Positions 52,038 through 61,528 of a DNA stretch of 64,000 nucleotides are shown in pieces. Below the pieces are notes generated by a model. It made no database searches, had not been told where the DNA came from, and saw nothing but the letters and a program-made list of their open reading frames with translations. The DNA comes from an uncultured Spirochaetota bacterium. GTDB lineage: Bacteria; Spirochaetota; Spirochaetia; SZUA-6; Fen-1364. The stretch spans positions 3,139,909-3,203,908 of the forward strand of contig CAWGAA010000001.1 of the NCBI GenBank assembly GCA_963820525.1. Reading direction: 5' to 3'. The translations under genes and the position numbers were made by a program. Position 1 is the first letter of the stretch. The number at the start of each line of letters is the position of its first letter.

Positions 52038-52895
52038 ATGAAAACAGGTGTATATGGACTGCTATGGACGTCTGGGATAGCCATCGACGATCTGTTTATT
52101 TTGGATAAATGTCGGGAGTTCGGCCTGGATGGTATCGAAATACCGCTCCTTTCCTATATTCAGGGAAAACTACCCATTAAAGAGCTCAAATCCAGGGCCT
52201 ACGATCTCGGTCTCAAGCTCATTGCCTCAACAGGACTTGAGGAAAAGACCAGCATTATTTCTGAAGATAGGAAAAAAAGGGAACGGGGCAAGACATTTTT
52301 AAAGAAAAGCGTTGATATCGCTCACGAATTAGGTTCAGACCAACTTTCCGGAGTCATTTATGCACCCTGGGCAGTCTTGAAAGGAAGAAGACGTACCGAC
52401 TGGGAGTACCAAAACTGCGTCGAATCACTCAGGGAGGTCGCAGATTACGCTGAAAGCGCCGGCGTCTATCTCTGTCTCGAACCGGTAAACCGGTATGAGG
52501 GTTACTTCCTAAATACTGCGGAACAGGGAAAGACGCTTCTGAAAGACATTGGACACAAATATGTCAAGCTTCATCTGGATTCATTTCAGATGAACATTGA
52601 GGAGCAGAGCATGTATGGGGCGGTAAAAACCGCGGGTGAAGACCTTTACCACTTTCACGTCTGCGCAAGTCATCGCGGAATTCCTGGAACTGGTCACATC
52701 GAATGGGATGAGATTTTTAGAGCTTTCAAGGAAATCGGATATGACAATTGGCTAGTTATTGAATCGTTTGAACCGAATAATCCAAATATAGGTGCCAATG
52801 TCTGTATCTGGAGAGATTTAGCCGAAAGCAGTGACGCAATTGCGAGAGAAGGTTCGGCGTTCTTACGCGGAATGCTGAAAAAGTATGAGCTGTGA
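52038..52895 (+). CDS. D-psicose/D-tagatose 3-epimerase family sugar epimerase
   Basis: LEPVNRYE, HLDSFQMNIEE, HFHVC..HRG.PGTG, IESF and IWRDL motifs. Confidence 0.85.
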   Translation: MKTGVYGLLWTSGIAIDDLFILDKCREFGLDGIEIPLLSYIQGKLPIKELKSRAYDLGLKLIASTGLEEKTSIISEDRKKRERGKTFLKKSVDIAHELGSDQLSGVIYAPWAVLKGRRRTDWEYQNCVESLREVADYAESAGVYLCLEPVNRYEGYFLNTAEQGKTLLKDIGHKYVKLHLDSFQMNIEEQSMYGAVKTAGEDLYHFHVCASHRGIPGTGHIEWDEIFRAFKEIGYDNWLVIESFEPNNPNIGANVCIWRDLAESSDAIAREGSAFLRGMLKKYEL

Positions 52896-52918
52896 ACAAC
52901 CTGTTTCTCGAAGGTTGT
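52896..52918 (+). terminator. Small hairpin after the epimerase stop codon
   Basis: ACAACCT/AGGTTGT 7-bp stem. Confidence 0.35.
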
Positions 52919-52951
52919 AAACAAGAAGAGTTCGGCAAGGGGCATAAAAAA

Positions 52952-53042
52952 GCCTGGCAACGACCTACTCTCCCACCCTCAAGGGGCAGTACCATCGGCG
53001 AAACAAGGCGATGACTTCCGTGTTGGGCGTGCCCCGCCCGAG
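52952..53042 (-). repeat. Truncated 5S rRNA-derived copy A (3' two-thirds of 5S plus a GC hairpin cap)
   Basis: GCCTGGCAACGACCTACTCTCCCACC...GCAGTACCATCGGCG...ACTTCCGTGTT matches the 5S gene; the 5' third is replaced by GGGCGTGCCCCGCCCGAG. Confidence 0.9.
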
Positions 53043-53367
53043 AGGTCGACACGCCGGCGAAGACCGCCTTGGTCCGTGCCGGCGTGCGGGTCGCGTGCTC
53101 CGCTGCAAGTCCTCGGCGGGCGGTCGGACCGAAGGGCGCGCTGCGTTTCCTGACTGGCGCTCTCCCTTGTTCGGCGCCTGTGGGCTTTCCGCTTCGCCCG
53201 CTCACGCTTTCGGTTTCGGTCGCCTGGGACCGTACCTCGGGGGGACGGACGGAAGCGCAGCGCGATATCATGATGCTCCGGCATGAGTGCAGCCCATTTC
53301 AGTGCCCGCAGATGGCCGTGCAGCTGCCGCGGCTCCAGCCCTGGCGGCGGTGACTGCAAAGCGCCTC

Positions 53368-53760
53368 TCAACCGCGCGGCGTTGACCGTGAGGCGTTCGC
53401 ACCCTGGCGGAAGCTGATTGCAGCGGTCGCTTCTTTCAGAGAGTTTCTATCAAGGTGCTCTTTGACGGTTTCCATGAGTATCGGCGGCAGGATGGGCTTG
53501 AGGAGCATATCGTCCGCGGGTTCGCAGGTGCCCGTTTGGATATCGGCCGCGATGCTCCTCATCGCCCTCCTCAGCCTGAGATCGATGAACGCCATGGCCT
53601 GGACCGCAAGCCCTCCGCCGATGGCAATCGCGAATCGCCACTGCAGTGCGTCGTTCAGCGCTCGGGACAGGCGCTTGCGCTCCACCCAGTCCCGGGGCAA
53701 TCGCGGCATGCGGGTCTTCGCGGACAATAAATACGCGTTCGATATCGGCATTTCGGACAT
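53368..53760 (-). pseudogene. Chimeric remnant: MalT-type regulator N-terminus plus receiver-domain C-terminus
   Basis: LLSAKTRMPRLPRDWVERKRL resembles the MalT/LAL N-terminus; ADDMLLKPILPPILMETV resembles a REC end. The intervening domains are missing. Confidence 0.45.
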
Positions 53761-53981
53761 ACCCGCCGATGCGGTGGAGCCATCATAGCACCCTCCAGAA
53801 GCCCTGAGGAAGGATCCGTCCGGGCATGCGCGATGCATCTTCGCAGCCCAGCGAAACCCGCAAGTCCGCGGCCTCTCGCCTCTCCGTGGGCTGTGCGGTT
53901 TGTGCGGTGATGCGAGTGCACCCGTATTCAGCGATGAGGGGATCAACCCCGATGCAGTTCTGTCAGGAGGACAACAAAAAA

Positions 53982-54129
53982 GCCTGGCAACGACCTACTC
54001 TCCCAACCCTCGGGCGGCAGCCGGCCCAGCAACGCCGAAGGCGGCGTGCAGGACGGCGAGAGCCCTCAACGGGCAGTACCATCGGCGAAGCAAGGCGTTG
54101 ACTTCCGTGTTGGGCGTGCCCCGCCCGAG
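53982..54129 (-). repeat. Truncated 5S rRNA-derived copy B with a 51-bp insertion
   Basis: Same extent and cap as copy A; insertion 54012-54062 flanked by CCCTC at 54007-54011 and 54063-54067. Confidence 0.9.
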
Positions 54130-54134
54130 GTCTC

Positions 54135-54997
54135 CTATTTCAGCGAGCTCGCCGCGATGCCGCTGAAGATGAACTTCCGCAGCACGATGAAGACGATCAC
54201 AAGGGGAAGACTCGTCATCAGCGCCGCGGCCATGTCCTGGTTGAATGGCGGCTTGATCGTTCCGCCAAGGAGATTTTGCAGCCCGACGCTCAGCGTGAAA
54301 AGGCTCTCCTTGCTGATGTACATCATGGGGAGCATCAGGTTCTTCCAGAGGAAGATGAAGTGCAGGAGGAACGCGGCAACCAGTGAAGGGCGCGACAGGG
54401 GAATGATGATCCTCGCGAAGATGCCGAAGTCGTTGTTCCCGTCGATGCGGGCGGCGTCGGAGAACGAATCGGGGATCGTCCGCATGAACTGGGTCAGGAG
54501 GAAGATGATGTAGGGATGCTGGAACCAATAGGGGACCCACAGCGGGGCAAGGGATCCCAGCAGCCCGAGTCGCCAGTAGAGCATGTACCAGGGGATGGCG
54601 AAGACCGTCGGCGGGATGATCATGGCGCCGAGGGTGACGACGAAGAAGGCGTTCCTGTCCCTTCCAGGCCAGGCGGGCAAAGGCGTACGCGGCGAGCGCG
54701 CTGCACGTGGTCTGCCCGATCGCCGACAGGATCGCGGCGCGGAACGTGTTCCACAGCTGCTGCCAGTAGGGGAACACCTCCATGACGTCGCTGAAGTTCC
54801 TGAGATTGAGCGGGATGGGAAGGAACTCCGGCGGCAGGACATAGATGTGCTTCTCCCCCTTGAGGGACAGTGAGGATCATCCAGAAGAAGGGAAAGAGGA
54901 AAATGAGCGCCGTGACGAGGGTCACGAGCCACCGGACTGGTCCGAGCCGCTCTTCGTGCCGTTCTCACGTGCTGCTCCCCTCGGTCCTATCGCTCAT
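54135..54997 (-). CDS. Carbohydrate ABC permease (CUT1, MalG-like), multiply frameshifted
   Basis: EAA-loop variant IPDSFSDAARIDG; the N-terminal part is spread over ORFs 54620..54925 and 53995..54783. Confidence 0.8.
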
Positions 54998-55920
54998 AGG
55001 TTACGACCCTGGTGCTCGCCCTGATCATGAGGAACGAGATCCCCAGGACCAGGACAGCGAGATCATCGCCATCGCCGATGCCGTGCCCGCGTCGTATTGC
55101 TGGAACATCTTGATGTACATGTAGACGGAGAAGGTCGTGCTCGAGTACCCGGGCCCTCCCGCCGAGATGTTCTGCCCGCCGGTGGCGAGCGTCATGACCC
55201 ACGGCATGTCGAAGATCTGGAACTCGCCGATGAAGCAGGTGACGAGGTTGAAGTAGAACGCCGGGGAGACCATCGGGAGAGTGATGTGCCAAAGCCTGCG
55301 GAACGCCGAGGCGCCGTCGATCTCCGCGGCCTCGTAGAACTCCGGTGGGACATCCTGGAGCGCGGCGACAAAGATGACGAAATACTGCCCGATGAGGGTC
55401 GATCTCGGCGATCGAGATGGCCGGCTTCACCAGCGCGCTGTTCAGAAGCCAGTCCGGCCCGGGAACGTGGACCAGCCCGAAGAGGTAGTTGATGATGCCG
55501 TACTGCCCGTTGAACATCCAGCGCCACACGAGGCCCGGTGGCGGCAAGGGGAATGACGAAGGGGAGAAAATAGGCGACGCTCGCGAAGGCGCTGATGCCC
55601 GACCTGTTCTTCACGAGCACGGCGAAGAGGAACGAGAGGATGAGTATCACGGGAACGACGATGGCGAGGATGAATGCCGTGTTTCCCAACGACTCCCAGA
55701 AGACCGAGTCCGTGATGATCAGGTAGACGTAGTTGCCGAGGCCGATCCACTTCATCTTGTTCATGAAGTTGAAGTTCGTGAAGGAATACACGAACGTCTG
55801 GCCGATCGCGTAGACAAAGAGCATCGAGAATCCGATGAGCCAGAGCGAAAGGAACGCGAGTACCGTCAACCGCTTGCGGATCCGTCTCTGGCGCGGGGTC
55901 ACGACGAGGCTGTCTCGCAT
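54987..55920 (-). CDS. Carbohydrate ABC permease (CUT1, MalF/UgpA-like), multiply frameshifted
   Basis: WIGLGNY, FWESLGNT, WRWMFNGQYGIIN and FQIFD pieces lie in different frames. Confidence 0.8.
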
Positions 55921-56031
55921 GGTCACCTGCCGATCTTCATTATCATGAGGCCGGCGGGGTGTCTCCACCTCCGCCGGCCTCGGTACAGTCCGCCGCGCCG
56001 GAGCCCGTTCAGCGGGCCCCGCACGCTTTTT

Positions 56032-57336
56032 CTACATCCTGTCCAGGACCGCCTGGGCGCGGCCGACGGCGGTGTCGACCGCGGCCTTGGCGTCCACCTG
56101 CAGGGTGAGGACCGGGTCGAGTATGGCGCCGAACTCCTGGTTGTACGCCTGCTGCGCCGCGGAGAAGAAGGGGATCGGCTGCAGCACGGGGCTCGACAGC
56201 GAATCGACCCAGGCGCTCAGCTTGGGGTTGACGGGGCCGCGGCCTTGAAGAAGTCCGCGCCGCCGAAGTCACGGGTCGTGGGAACGCGTCCCGTGCCCTT
56301 GGGACCCGCGTCATAGATGAACTGGCCCTGACGCCCGGAGAACCAGATCATGAAGTCCAGGGTTTCGGCATTGTTCTTGGCGCCCTTGGGGATCGCCATC
56401 TGGTCCATGCCGAACCAGGCGAAGGTGCCCTTGTTCGCAACGGCCGGGACGGAGGGTGCCGGGGCGACGCCCCAGTCCATGCCCGGCGCGTAGCGGCGGA
56501 TGTGGTCCGCAATCCACGGACCGTTCAGCGACATCGCCATCTTGCCGGAGAGGAAGGGCTCGGCCGAGGTTCCCCAGGCACCGAGGCCCGACGCGAATTT
56601 CCGCATCGCATCGGCCCCGAACTCCTTCGGGAACGACTGCAGCCACTGCCACGTCTGGTAGAGGGCTTCCGGCTTCAGGTACTTCTTCGCCTTTGCATCG
56701 TAGAGAGTCGCCGGCGTGGCGCCGAACATGTACGAGTAGTACGAGGCGAACCAGGCGGGGAAGGTCGCGCGCCACTCGAGGCCGGTTTGCGTGATGTTGC
56801 CCTGCGCGTCCTTCTTCGTGAGCTTCCGCTGGGCGGCGGTGAACTCTTCGATCGTGCGGGGCGGCTTGTTCGGGATCGAGCCCCGCGTCCTTGAACATTT
56901 TCTTGTTGTAGATCAGGAGGAGCGTCCAGTCTGTGAGCGGGATGCCGTAGGTCTTGCCATCGATGGAGCAGGCCATGGAGGTCCACGGCTGCCAGAACGA
57001 ATTGAGGTCGAACTTCTTCGACTTCAGGAGGTCATCGAGCGGAATGTAGATCCCGCCTTCGACCATCTGGGGGAAGTTCTCGTTGTTGCCGATCTCGGTG
57101 ACGTTCGGCGGGTTTCCCGCCCTCACCGCGGCAAGGACCTTCGTGTCGACGCCCTGCTGGCCCGTGTACACGACGTGCACGTTGGGATGGGCGGCATTGT
57201 AGGCATCGATGGCGTCATTCAGCCCGAGAGCCTCGAAGCCCGTGTATTCTCCCCACAGCTGGATCTCGACAGGTGCGGCCCAGACCAGAAACGAAAGCAA
57301 CAGGAACGCAATGGACAGTGGAATCAGTTTCCTCAT
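56032..57336 (-). CDS. Carbohydrate ABC substrate-binding protein (SBP_bac_1 family), multiply frameshifted
   Basis: Signal peptide; DGKTYGIP, YNKKMFKDAGLDP and FLSGKMAMSLNGPW across three frames; TAG at 56032-56034. Confidence 0.82.
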
Positions 57337-57422
57337 GGGTCTCTCCTTTTCCGTTCGAATCCGAAATCCGTGTCAAATGCCCTCAGGACCCTCGTGTCAG
57401 GACTCTGTTCCGCCTCGTCACC

Positions 57423-57442
57423 TCCTTTCCGTGCGGAAAGGA
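57423..57442 (-). terminator. Hairpin downstream of the transaldolase gene
   Basis: TCCTTTCC-gtgc-GGAAAGGA stem. Confidence 0.45.
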
Positions 57443-57451
57443 CCGTGCGGC

Positions 57452-58097
57452 CTACGCCTGCTCGCTCCAGTCCTTCATGAACTTCTCAAGCCCGATATCC
57501 GTCAGAGGGATGCAGCATCATCTGCATGAGAACCTTGAAAGGAGCTGTTGCGAAGTGCGCGCCTGCCATGCCCGCATCCAGGACCTGTTTCGGGACCGCG
57601 AATGCTGGCGGCTATGATCTGCGTGCTGTCATGCCGCGCCGGTCGAAGAGATCGGCGATCTGTCGGATGATGTCGACCCCGTCCACGCCAACGTCATCCG
57701 CCCGGCCGACGAAGACGCTCACGAAGTTCGCGCCCGCCTGGCTGGCGAGGAGGGCCTGCGCGGGCGAGAAAACGAGGGTCATGTTCGTCCGGACCCCTTG
57801 TGCCGAGAGGGCCTTGACAGCCTTGAGGCCGTCTCCCGTCATGGGGATCTTGACGATGATATTCTTCGCGAGCGCGGAGATCGCCAATCCCTCGGCTACC
57901 ATTCCAGCCGCGTCGGTGGCAAGGACCTCCGCGTTCACCGGACCATCTACCATGCCCGCGATTTCCCGGATGAGGTTGTGAAAGGTGGCGCCTTCCCGCG
58001 CCACGAGGGTGGGATTCGTGGTGACCCCACTGAGGAAGCCGTACTCGTTTGCCTTGGCAATTTCGTCAGTGTTTGCCGTATCGATGAGGAGTTTCAT
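57452..58097 (-). CDS. Transaldolase / fructose-6-phosphate aldolase family, C-terminus frameshifted
   Basis: IDTAN, GVTTNP, VKIP, TLVFS and FVGR motifs; AASIR and HPLTDIGLEKF are recoverable after removing single-base insertions. Confidence 0.88.
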
Positions 58098-58162
58098 CCC
58101 ACAGTTCTCCGCGCCCGAATACCGCAACCGGACTCTGTGTCTTGCGCTTTTGTGACGAAATT

Positions 58163-58248
58163 CTTATAGATTATTTTCAATTCATTGTCAATCTTTTTTT
58201 GTTTTGCTTTTGAAACAGGTTGATACATATCCAGATTCTGACTATACT
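58163..58248. promoter_or_regulatory. Divergent sigma70-type promoters between the transaldolase and DeoR genes
   Basis: Minus strand: TTGACA (58186-58191)-17-TATAAG (58163-58168). Plus strand: TTGATA (58220-58225)-17-TATACT (58243-58248). Confidence 0.6.
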
Positions 58249-58300
58249 GGCGTGACAGAGAGCGCAGGCGCGAACTCCGTCCGCAAGGGGGACAGGACGC

Positions 58301-59089
58301 ATGAAGTCTGCGACGCATGCCGACTCTGGCTACGGAGACGGGCTCATCACGGAGCGACAGAGCAGCATCCTTGAGATCCTGATCGAGAAGCCCGGGACGA
58401 GCGTCATCGAGCTGAGTCGCATGCTCGACGTGACCGACGCCACGATCCGAAACGATCTCAATCACCTGTCGAGCCGGGGCATGATAGTGCGCAGCCATGG
58501 GAAAGCCACGCCTTCGCTCCACCCGATGATGATCAGGCAGGCAGCGCGCCAATCTCAAGCAGAAGATGAGGATCGCCAAAAAGGCGGCGGAGATGATCGA
58601 AACGGCGACACCGTCATGATCGACTCCGGCACGACCACGGCGATCATCCCGCGCTACCTCATCGGCAAGCGCGACATCCACGTGATCACGAACTCGATAC
58701 TCCAGATCGCGCACTTCAGGCTGAATCCCTCTGATTATCCTTCACCATGGTAGGCGGGAGAGTTCAGGTTCTTCGACGAATGCTTCGTCGGCCCGCTGTC
58801 CCTCGACGCGCTTTCACGGTTCAACGCCAAGTACGCTTTCATCGGGACCTCGGCTTCTCCGTGGAGCACGGCCTCACGACCTACTCCCTGGAGATCGCGG
58901 ATATCATCCTCCAGATGGCGCGTCGAGCGGACAAAGTCGTGCTGTGCGCCGATACATCGAAATGGGGCAAGAAGGGGAACGTAAATACGATACCCCTGTC
59001 GGATGTCGATTACCTGGTGACGGGACGCGGTCACGGACGAGCTCAAGCGGCAGATGAAAGAACAGGGCGTCGAAGTCATCCTCGCATAG
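58301..59089 (+). CDS. DeoR/GlpR-family regulator, multiply frameshifted
   Basis: VTDATIRNDL, RSHG, IDSGTT and ADTSKWG in shifting frames; TAG at 59087-59089. Confidence 0.82.
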
Positions 59090-59098
59090 AGAAGCGTC

Positions 59099-60606
59099 AT
59101 GGGATGCGTGATCGGCGTCGATCTCGGGACCTCCAGCGTCCGCGCCGTGGCGCTCACGGAAAAGGGAGAAGTGGCCGCACTCTACGGCGCGGAGCATCCC
59201 ATCCGGCAACCCGCGCCGGGATTCGCGGAGCAGTCCCTGTCGGACTGGTGGTCGGCCACATGCGACTGCTTGCGCAAGGTCACCGATGAGCTGCGCAGCC
59301 TGTCGCAGGAGGTTGTCGCGATCGGCATGTCGGGGCAGATGCACGGGCTCGTCCTTCTCGACGCCGCGGGCGTCCCGCTTCGCGATGCGATCATCTGGCC
59401 CGATGGGAGGACAGCGGACATCTGCGCGGAGTGGGATCGCACGATCGGGGCAGGGAAGGTGGGCGCGATCACCGGCCTTCCGATCGCGACCGGTTTTCTC
59501 GCCCCGTCCCTCGCGTGGATCAGGAGAAACGAACCGGAGATCTACCGTCGGGCCGCACGGGTCACCTTGCCGAAGGACTATGTCCGCTTCCGTCTCACCG
59601 GCGTTCTGGCGACCGACGACTCGGATGCATCGGGCACACTCCTCTTCGACGTCGCACGCAGGCGGTGGTCGGATGAGCTGATCCGCCGTTTCAGGCTCGA
59701 TGCCTCCCTCCTTCCGCCCGTGACGAGCGCAACGAGCATCTCGGGTGTCGTGGAGGATTCGGCGGCGCGCGAAACGGGCCTGCCTGCGGGGATTCCCGTG
59801 GCGGTGGGCGGCTCCGACCAGGCGATGGCGGCAACGGCCCTCGGCGTCAACGCGCCGGGCGTCGTGGCCGTGGCGATCAGCACCGGCGGAACCGTCATCA
59901 CCTCCGTCGAGCATCCGTTCCGCGACGAACGGATACACACTCTCTGCCACGCGGAAAGGGGCCGATGGATTCTCATGGGCGTCTGCCTCTCCGCGGGGCT
60001 CTCCCTCTCCTGGTTCACCCGGACATTCCGCGCACGGCGCGACCTATGATTCGCTTTCCCTCGAGGCGGAGGGGATCGCCCCGGAAGCGAGGGCCTTCTC
60101 TTTGCCCCCTATCTCTGCGGCGATCGGACGCCGTACCGGGATTCTGCAGCCAAGGGGACGTTCGTCGGGCTGTCGACCCGGCACACCCGCGCGCACATGG
60201 TGCGGGCCATCATGGAAGGCGTCGTCTCTAGCTCTGCGAATCGATGGACATCTTCCGCGAGCTCGGTCTTCCCGTTGAGCGGATCGTCTGCTCGGGCGGA
60301 GGGTCCCGCAGCGCGCTCTGGCGGCAGATCCAGGCCGACGTCTTCGGCGTGCCGGTCGAGTGGCGTTGCGGAGACGAGCACTCGGCGACAGGTGCCGCCG
60401 TCGTGGCGGGTACTGCCACCGGTCGCGTGATTCCCCACGGCGCTGGCGGGCATGCGGCGGGCGTGGCCATGCCGGACGGTTCGGCCGTCGAGACTTATCG
60501 CTCCTTGAGGACAGTCTACAAGAAGATCTACCCGCAGAACGCCGAAATCTTCCACGAGCTGTCGTCGATTGCCGCGGGGCTGCCGGGGCGCCCGTCCCGG
60601 GCTTGA
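59099..60606 (+). CDS. Xylulokinase-like FGGY kinase, C-terminal third frameshifted
   Basis: GVDLGTS, SGQMHG, WPDGR, PKDY and GGSDQ motifs; RAIMEG and SGGGSRSALW lie in later frames. Confidence 0.85.
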
Positions 60607-60681
60607 AATGGGCGCCTGGTATGTCCACACTGGCGGGGAGCCGTTGGCCGCCATCAGGACAGGGTGCCGGGAGGGCGGGAG

Positions 60682-61180
60682 ATGAGCAGGGCATTCGTCG
60701 ACGAGTCGGCTTCCGAATCGCGGGAGGGAGACGCCCCTGAGCTCAGGATCCCCCTGCCTCCTGGTGCAAAGAACTACGTCACCCCCGAAGGCGCCGCGCG
60801 CACGCGCGCCGAGCTGGACTCTCTCCTCGTCACGGCGCAGCCGAGGCTGCGCGAGGTCGAACGGAGGATCCAGTACCTCTCACGCATGACGGCGATCATG
60901 GAGGTCGTTGCCCCGGGCACGGAGCCGCCCCGGCGAGTGGTGTTCGGGGCGACCGTCACCGTCGAGGAGCACGGCCGGGGAAAGCGGACGTACAGGATCG
61001 TCGGCGTCGACGAGAGTGATCCCGCACGGTGCATGGTGAGCTGGATCTCCCCCGTCGCGCGCGCTCTCATGGGGAAGAAGGCCGGGCGACACGGTGACGG
61101 TGAGCCTTCCCGAGCAGCAGCAGCGGCTCACCATCGTATCCATTGGCTCACCCGGCGGAGACCCTGCGGCCGACGTGTAG
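60682..61180 (+). CDS. GreA/GreB-family transcription factor (short N-terminal coil), one frameshift near 61086
   Basis: NYVTPEG, VVFGATVTV, YRIVGVDE and SWISPVARALMGK motifs; GDTVTV resumes after removing one G. Confidence 0.8.
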
Positions 61181-61224
61181 GAGCAGCGAATATCGCAGAT
61201 GTGACTTGCCGGGCAAATAAAAAA

Positions 61225-61273
61225 GCCTGGCAACGACCTACTCTCCCACCCTCATGGGGCAGTACCATCGGCG
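61225..61273 (-). repeat. Truncated 5S rRNA-derived copy C (3' ~49 nt)
   Basis: GCCTGGCAACGACCTACTCTCCCACCCTCATGGGGCAGTACCATCGGCG, preceded by an A-tract. Confidence 0.9.
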
Positions 61274-61413
61274 AACGGCCCTACCCGGTGGGCGAGCGTA
61301 GTTCGTTTGGGCTGCTTCCCCCAGCCTCGCGTCACAACGCTAGTAGCGGGTGTTTAGGCGCTCACACATTTTGTTAATCGCGTACGAGGCATCCGGGCTT
61401 TGGCAATAAAAAA

Positions 61414-61528
<115 letters not shown>

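Larger units (their letters stand above)
47200..52945. other. Low-GC, probably horizontally acquired sugar uptake/epimerase cassette
   Basis: Visibly AT-richer sequence and codon use (AAA, ATA, TTA) than the flanks. No integrase seen; boundaries approximate. Confidence 0.7.

Noticed and set aside
54135..61180. Programmed frameshifting or phase variation as the cause of the broken genes
   Set aside because: Too many indels in unrelated genes, with no long simple repeats or consistent slippery sites; sequencing error is more parsimonious.
52952..61273. 5S-derived copies as functional 5S rRNA genes or as a CRISPR array
   Set aside because: They lack the 5' strands of helices I-III, so they cannot fold as full 5S. 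Spacing is irregular (about 1 kb and 7 kb) and no cas genes are present.
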